Source of the DNA: Psammoneis japonica
Lineage: Eukaryota
Direction of reading: 5' to 3'
Length of the DNA stretch: 64,000 nt
Assembly: GCA_008632985.1 (NCBI GenBank)
Contig: QPGO01000169.1
Coordinates: 62,001-126,000 of the forward strand
The translations under genes and the position numbers were made by a program. Position 1 is the first letter of the stretch; each line of letters starts with the position of its first letter. This document shows, piece by piece, positions 61,300 to 64,000 of this stretch. The notes beneath the pieces are model-generated. The model had not been told where the DNA came from. It did not search any database and was given only the letters and a program-made list of their open reading frames with translations.

Positions 61300-64000
61300 C
61301 AAGTTTGGCTCATGATTTCTCAAATTGATCTTTGGGCAATGGTTTGGCAAAGATGTCCACAATCTGTTCCTTTGTCAAGATGTGTTCAGTTGCAATGGTC
61401 TTGTTGACAATGTGAGATCAAAAATGATGCAAACGGACAGACCAGTGCTTTGTGTGCAGTTGGTCACATGTGATGGTTGGCAGCAATCTTGATGCACTCT
61501 TGTTGTCTTCAAAAGTGTGGTGCATGACTCTGGTCAATGCTGACAACACTGAAAACCCTTTTGCATTTTAATTCTTGCAAAGGTTTTGCACCACAACAAC
61601 TTCTTGCAGAGCTGATGACAGAGCCATGCACTCAGCTTCAGCTGTGCTCACAGCCATGACAAGTTTTTCATCTTTGAAATCCAAACAACAGGGTGTCAGG
61701 CACTCAGCACATGTGACAATGCATGCAGTGCATGAATGGATGGAGGCAGGATCATGAGAGGAATGATCTTGCCATGAGCCTGCTCAATTGGTGTCAACAA
61801 AACATTCTGGACCACAGGATGGATCGGGCCTCACAAGGCAAGTCCCTGTTTGCATGTGTTGAGAATGCAGTGGCAAGCTCACATGACAGCTTTTTTGTGT
61901 TCTTGATTTGGATCATTGCAGAAATGGGCACACTGTTGCACAGCCCATGGTGATGTTGGGGTGTGGAGTTGCCTTCAAACAGCTCAAACAACCAACCACA
62001 GTGCAACAACTCCACTTTCTGACAGCAGGCAGACCTTTGGGATGTTGGGGCATTGCACAATGCATCTTGGTCCATTTGGATTCTGGGTCCAATCCAATCA
62101 TGCACAGTGCACAATTGATGACTTGTGGTTGAGTGAGGGTGATGGACCCATCTTTGTCATCATGTTCAAAACAAGTCCTGAGGCAATCTGCAATTTGCTG
62201 TCATCAGCAAGGCCAAAATTTGGTGGATGTGAGTGACTTGGATGGTGACATGAGAGTGCCATTGTCCATGCCGAAGAAGAAAATTGTTCCGGTGCGGGTT
62301 TTGCACAAACACATGTGTTGATCTTTGATTGCTCCCAGCCCCTGGCAAGAAGCCCTTTGCAAAGAAATTGGAGTCAGGCATGCAAGGCATCCTTGAGTCT
62401 GTGCAAATTCTTGACAAGCTCATGTGCACTCTTGAGCTGGTCAATGAATTTAGATGGATCTGGAATGAAAAAGTTTGAAGGCACTCTTGCTGCTTTCATG
62501 CTTGTGTCCATCTGGGCTGGGGCTTGAGGACAAGCAAATGCAAAATCAATTGATTCAAGGTGCCAGCCTTGAATCAGTGTGTGTTGACAATCATGAGATG
62601 TGTGGTGCTCCACAAGGCAACAGGTGAGCAAGTGGACCAATGGCCCAATCCTTCAACAGATTTGTGCCCCCCAGCACAAAGTCATGCCTTGCATTTGATG
62701 ATCTCACTGATGGGATTGCTTTTGCACTTTGTGGACCAGACCATGGGAGTGGGATGTGACCCTTTGTTTGGCACAGATTTGATTGGCACCACTTTCCAAT
62801 GTTTCCTGTCAATGTGGTCTTGCAGCTCCTTCTTTGCAGTTTTGACAAATGCTTCTTGGTCAGACTGTTTCAATGCCTCTTCCAGGGTCTCAGTGTTGGG
62901 GTCCCTGGATTTGGCTGCCAGAGCCATGGTGCAGTGAGAGAGCATCACAAGTGGGTGTCCTTCATTGTGTGGCATTCCAGGTCAGGTTGCAGCAAGGGCT
63001 GATCTGATGAACAGTCTTGCAGAGGGGAGCACTTTGTCATGAAGGCTGCAGCCACCTTGAATGTCCTCATGGCCACATTGGTGCACAGTTTGTTTGGTTT
63101 GACATGCCATCTGGATTGGGCTGTGTGTGGAGCTGGGGCACTGTTGTCAGCTTGCTGAGTTGGGTTTCTTGGAGTGATTGGTGTCTTCAATTCCCAAAGC
63201 TGGAGTTGGGATTTGTTCTGCATCCGACAACCCTCCTTGATCTGTGTTGATGTTGACATCTTCTGGCACATCTTCTCTGTTGTCAATGAACATTGGTGCA
63301 GGATCAGGTGGATCCTTGTTCTTGGAGGCTGCCTTGGGAGGAATGCTTCTTGGCAAGTTGACAGTGCCCTTTTGAGTTGCCTTGGCTGACTTCTCACTTT
63401 GCACCTTGGCCTTTGCCTGCCACACAGAATTGAATTTTGCATCTCAGCAACATGCTGTGCATGCAATGAAGTTGTGGTAAAATGTTTCCAGTGAGTGTGT
63501 TGAGGACAAGTGGCACATTCAAAGCATGGCTCTCAGCAAATGTGTGAGAAAGATTCCAGCATGCAAATGATTGGTCTGCTTGTTGCGGGACTTTTGCTCC
63601 TGCAAGGACAACTCTTGGATGCATGCTGGGGACCCAAAGGGGATGGAAGTGCTCAAGATTTGGCTCAACTGGTGAGCTGGAAAACAATGAGTTGGGGTCA
63701 ACTGTCAAGTGTTGGCACTCTCACAATCTTTTTGTTTTGGTGTGGCATTGCAAAGATGTTGGCACAGTGCTTGAGGGCTGCCCCAGCCACAACAATGGGT
63801 GCATTGCCTTTGGCGTTTGATGAACAGCATTCAGAGGAGCAGTTTGTGCTCCAGTGGCAATGTCCATCCTCAATGTGGTTTCTGGCTCTGCCATTCTGGT
63901 GATGAGCATTCATGCCACAAACAAAGCTCAGGGTTCAGCCGGCCACTTCAATTGCCACCTTGAATGCTTTGATGTCAAACAGACTGCTGTCAGTGACAGT
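61300..64000 (-). mobile_element. Ty1/copia-type LTR retrotransposon pol (IN-RT-RH), hypermutated, continuing beyond the window
   Basis: Integrase AHHQNG and PNLEHFHP come before RT (KELQDHIDRKHWKVVP, MVWS, IKCKA, IDFAFACPQAP, KNLHRLKD), then RNase H STAEAECMALSSALQE (~61602-61660) and FEDNK. IN before RT is the copia order. Confidence 0.9.

Larger units (their letters stand above)
46940..64000. other. TpA/CpG-depleted hypermutated domain running off the window end, containing decayed genes and TEs
   Basis: About 17 kb with only scattered TA, mostly as TTAA/CTAG/TTAG/CTAA, and dense spurious overlapping ORFs. Confidence 0.88.

Noticed and set aside
46940..64000. Dozens of overlapping Cys/His-rich ORFs as novel metal-binding proteins or overlapping genes
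   Set aside because: Loss of TA removes TAA/TAG stops and turns Tyr into Cys/His, so long Cys/His-rich frames arise on all six frames as an artefact.

Overview
Eukaryotic, intron-containing DNA, most likely from a diatom (inferred from short GT-AG introns, the gene repertoire, and Ty3/gypsy and Ty1/copia elements). The window alternates between two kinds of sequence. (1) Normal gene-rich DNA: an FHA-PP2C phosphatase, an SDR, five intact tandem FG-GAP/ASPIC-UnbV (CRTAC1-like) paralogs with very variable intron positions, a class I fumarase, a KA1-like protein, a small probable mitochondrial protein, a PARP-Myb fusion and a frameshifted AAA-ATPase/PD-(D/E)XK gene. (2) Sharply bounded domains (~0.1-1.8, ~13.3-21.3, ~38.25-44.83 and ~46.94-64 kb) that have lost nearly all TpA and most CpG dinucleotides in favour of TpG/CpA. 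Pseudogenised FG-GAP copies compared with their intact neighbours, and conserved retroelement motifs, show TA->TG and TA->CA substitutions on both strands of chromosomal DNA. Examples are Tyr->Cys/His, RT YIDD->CVDD and splice donor GTAAGT->GCAAGT. This looks like a regional A-to-G hypermutation acting on TE-rich DNA, in the opposite direction to fungal RIP, and it is the main candidate for an undescribed system. All dinucleotide statements come from reading the sequence, not from computed counts.
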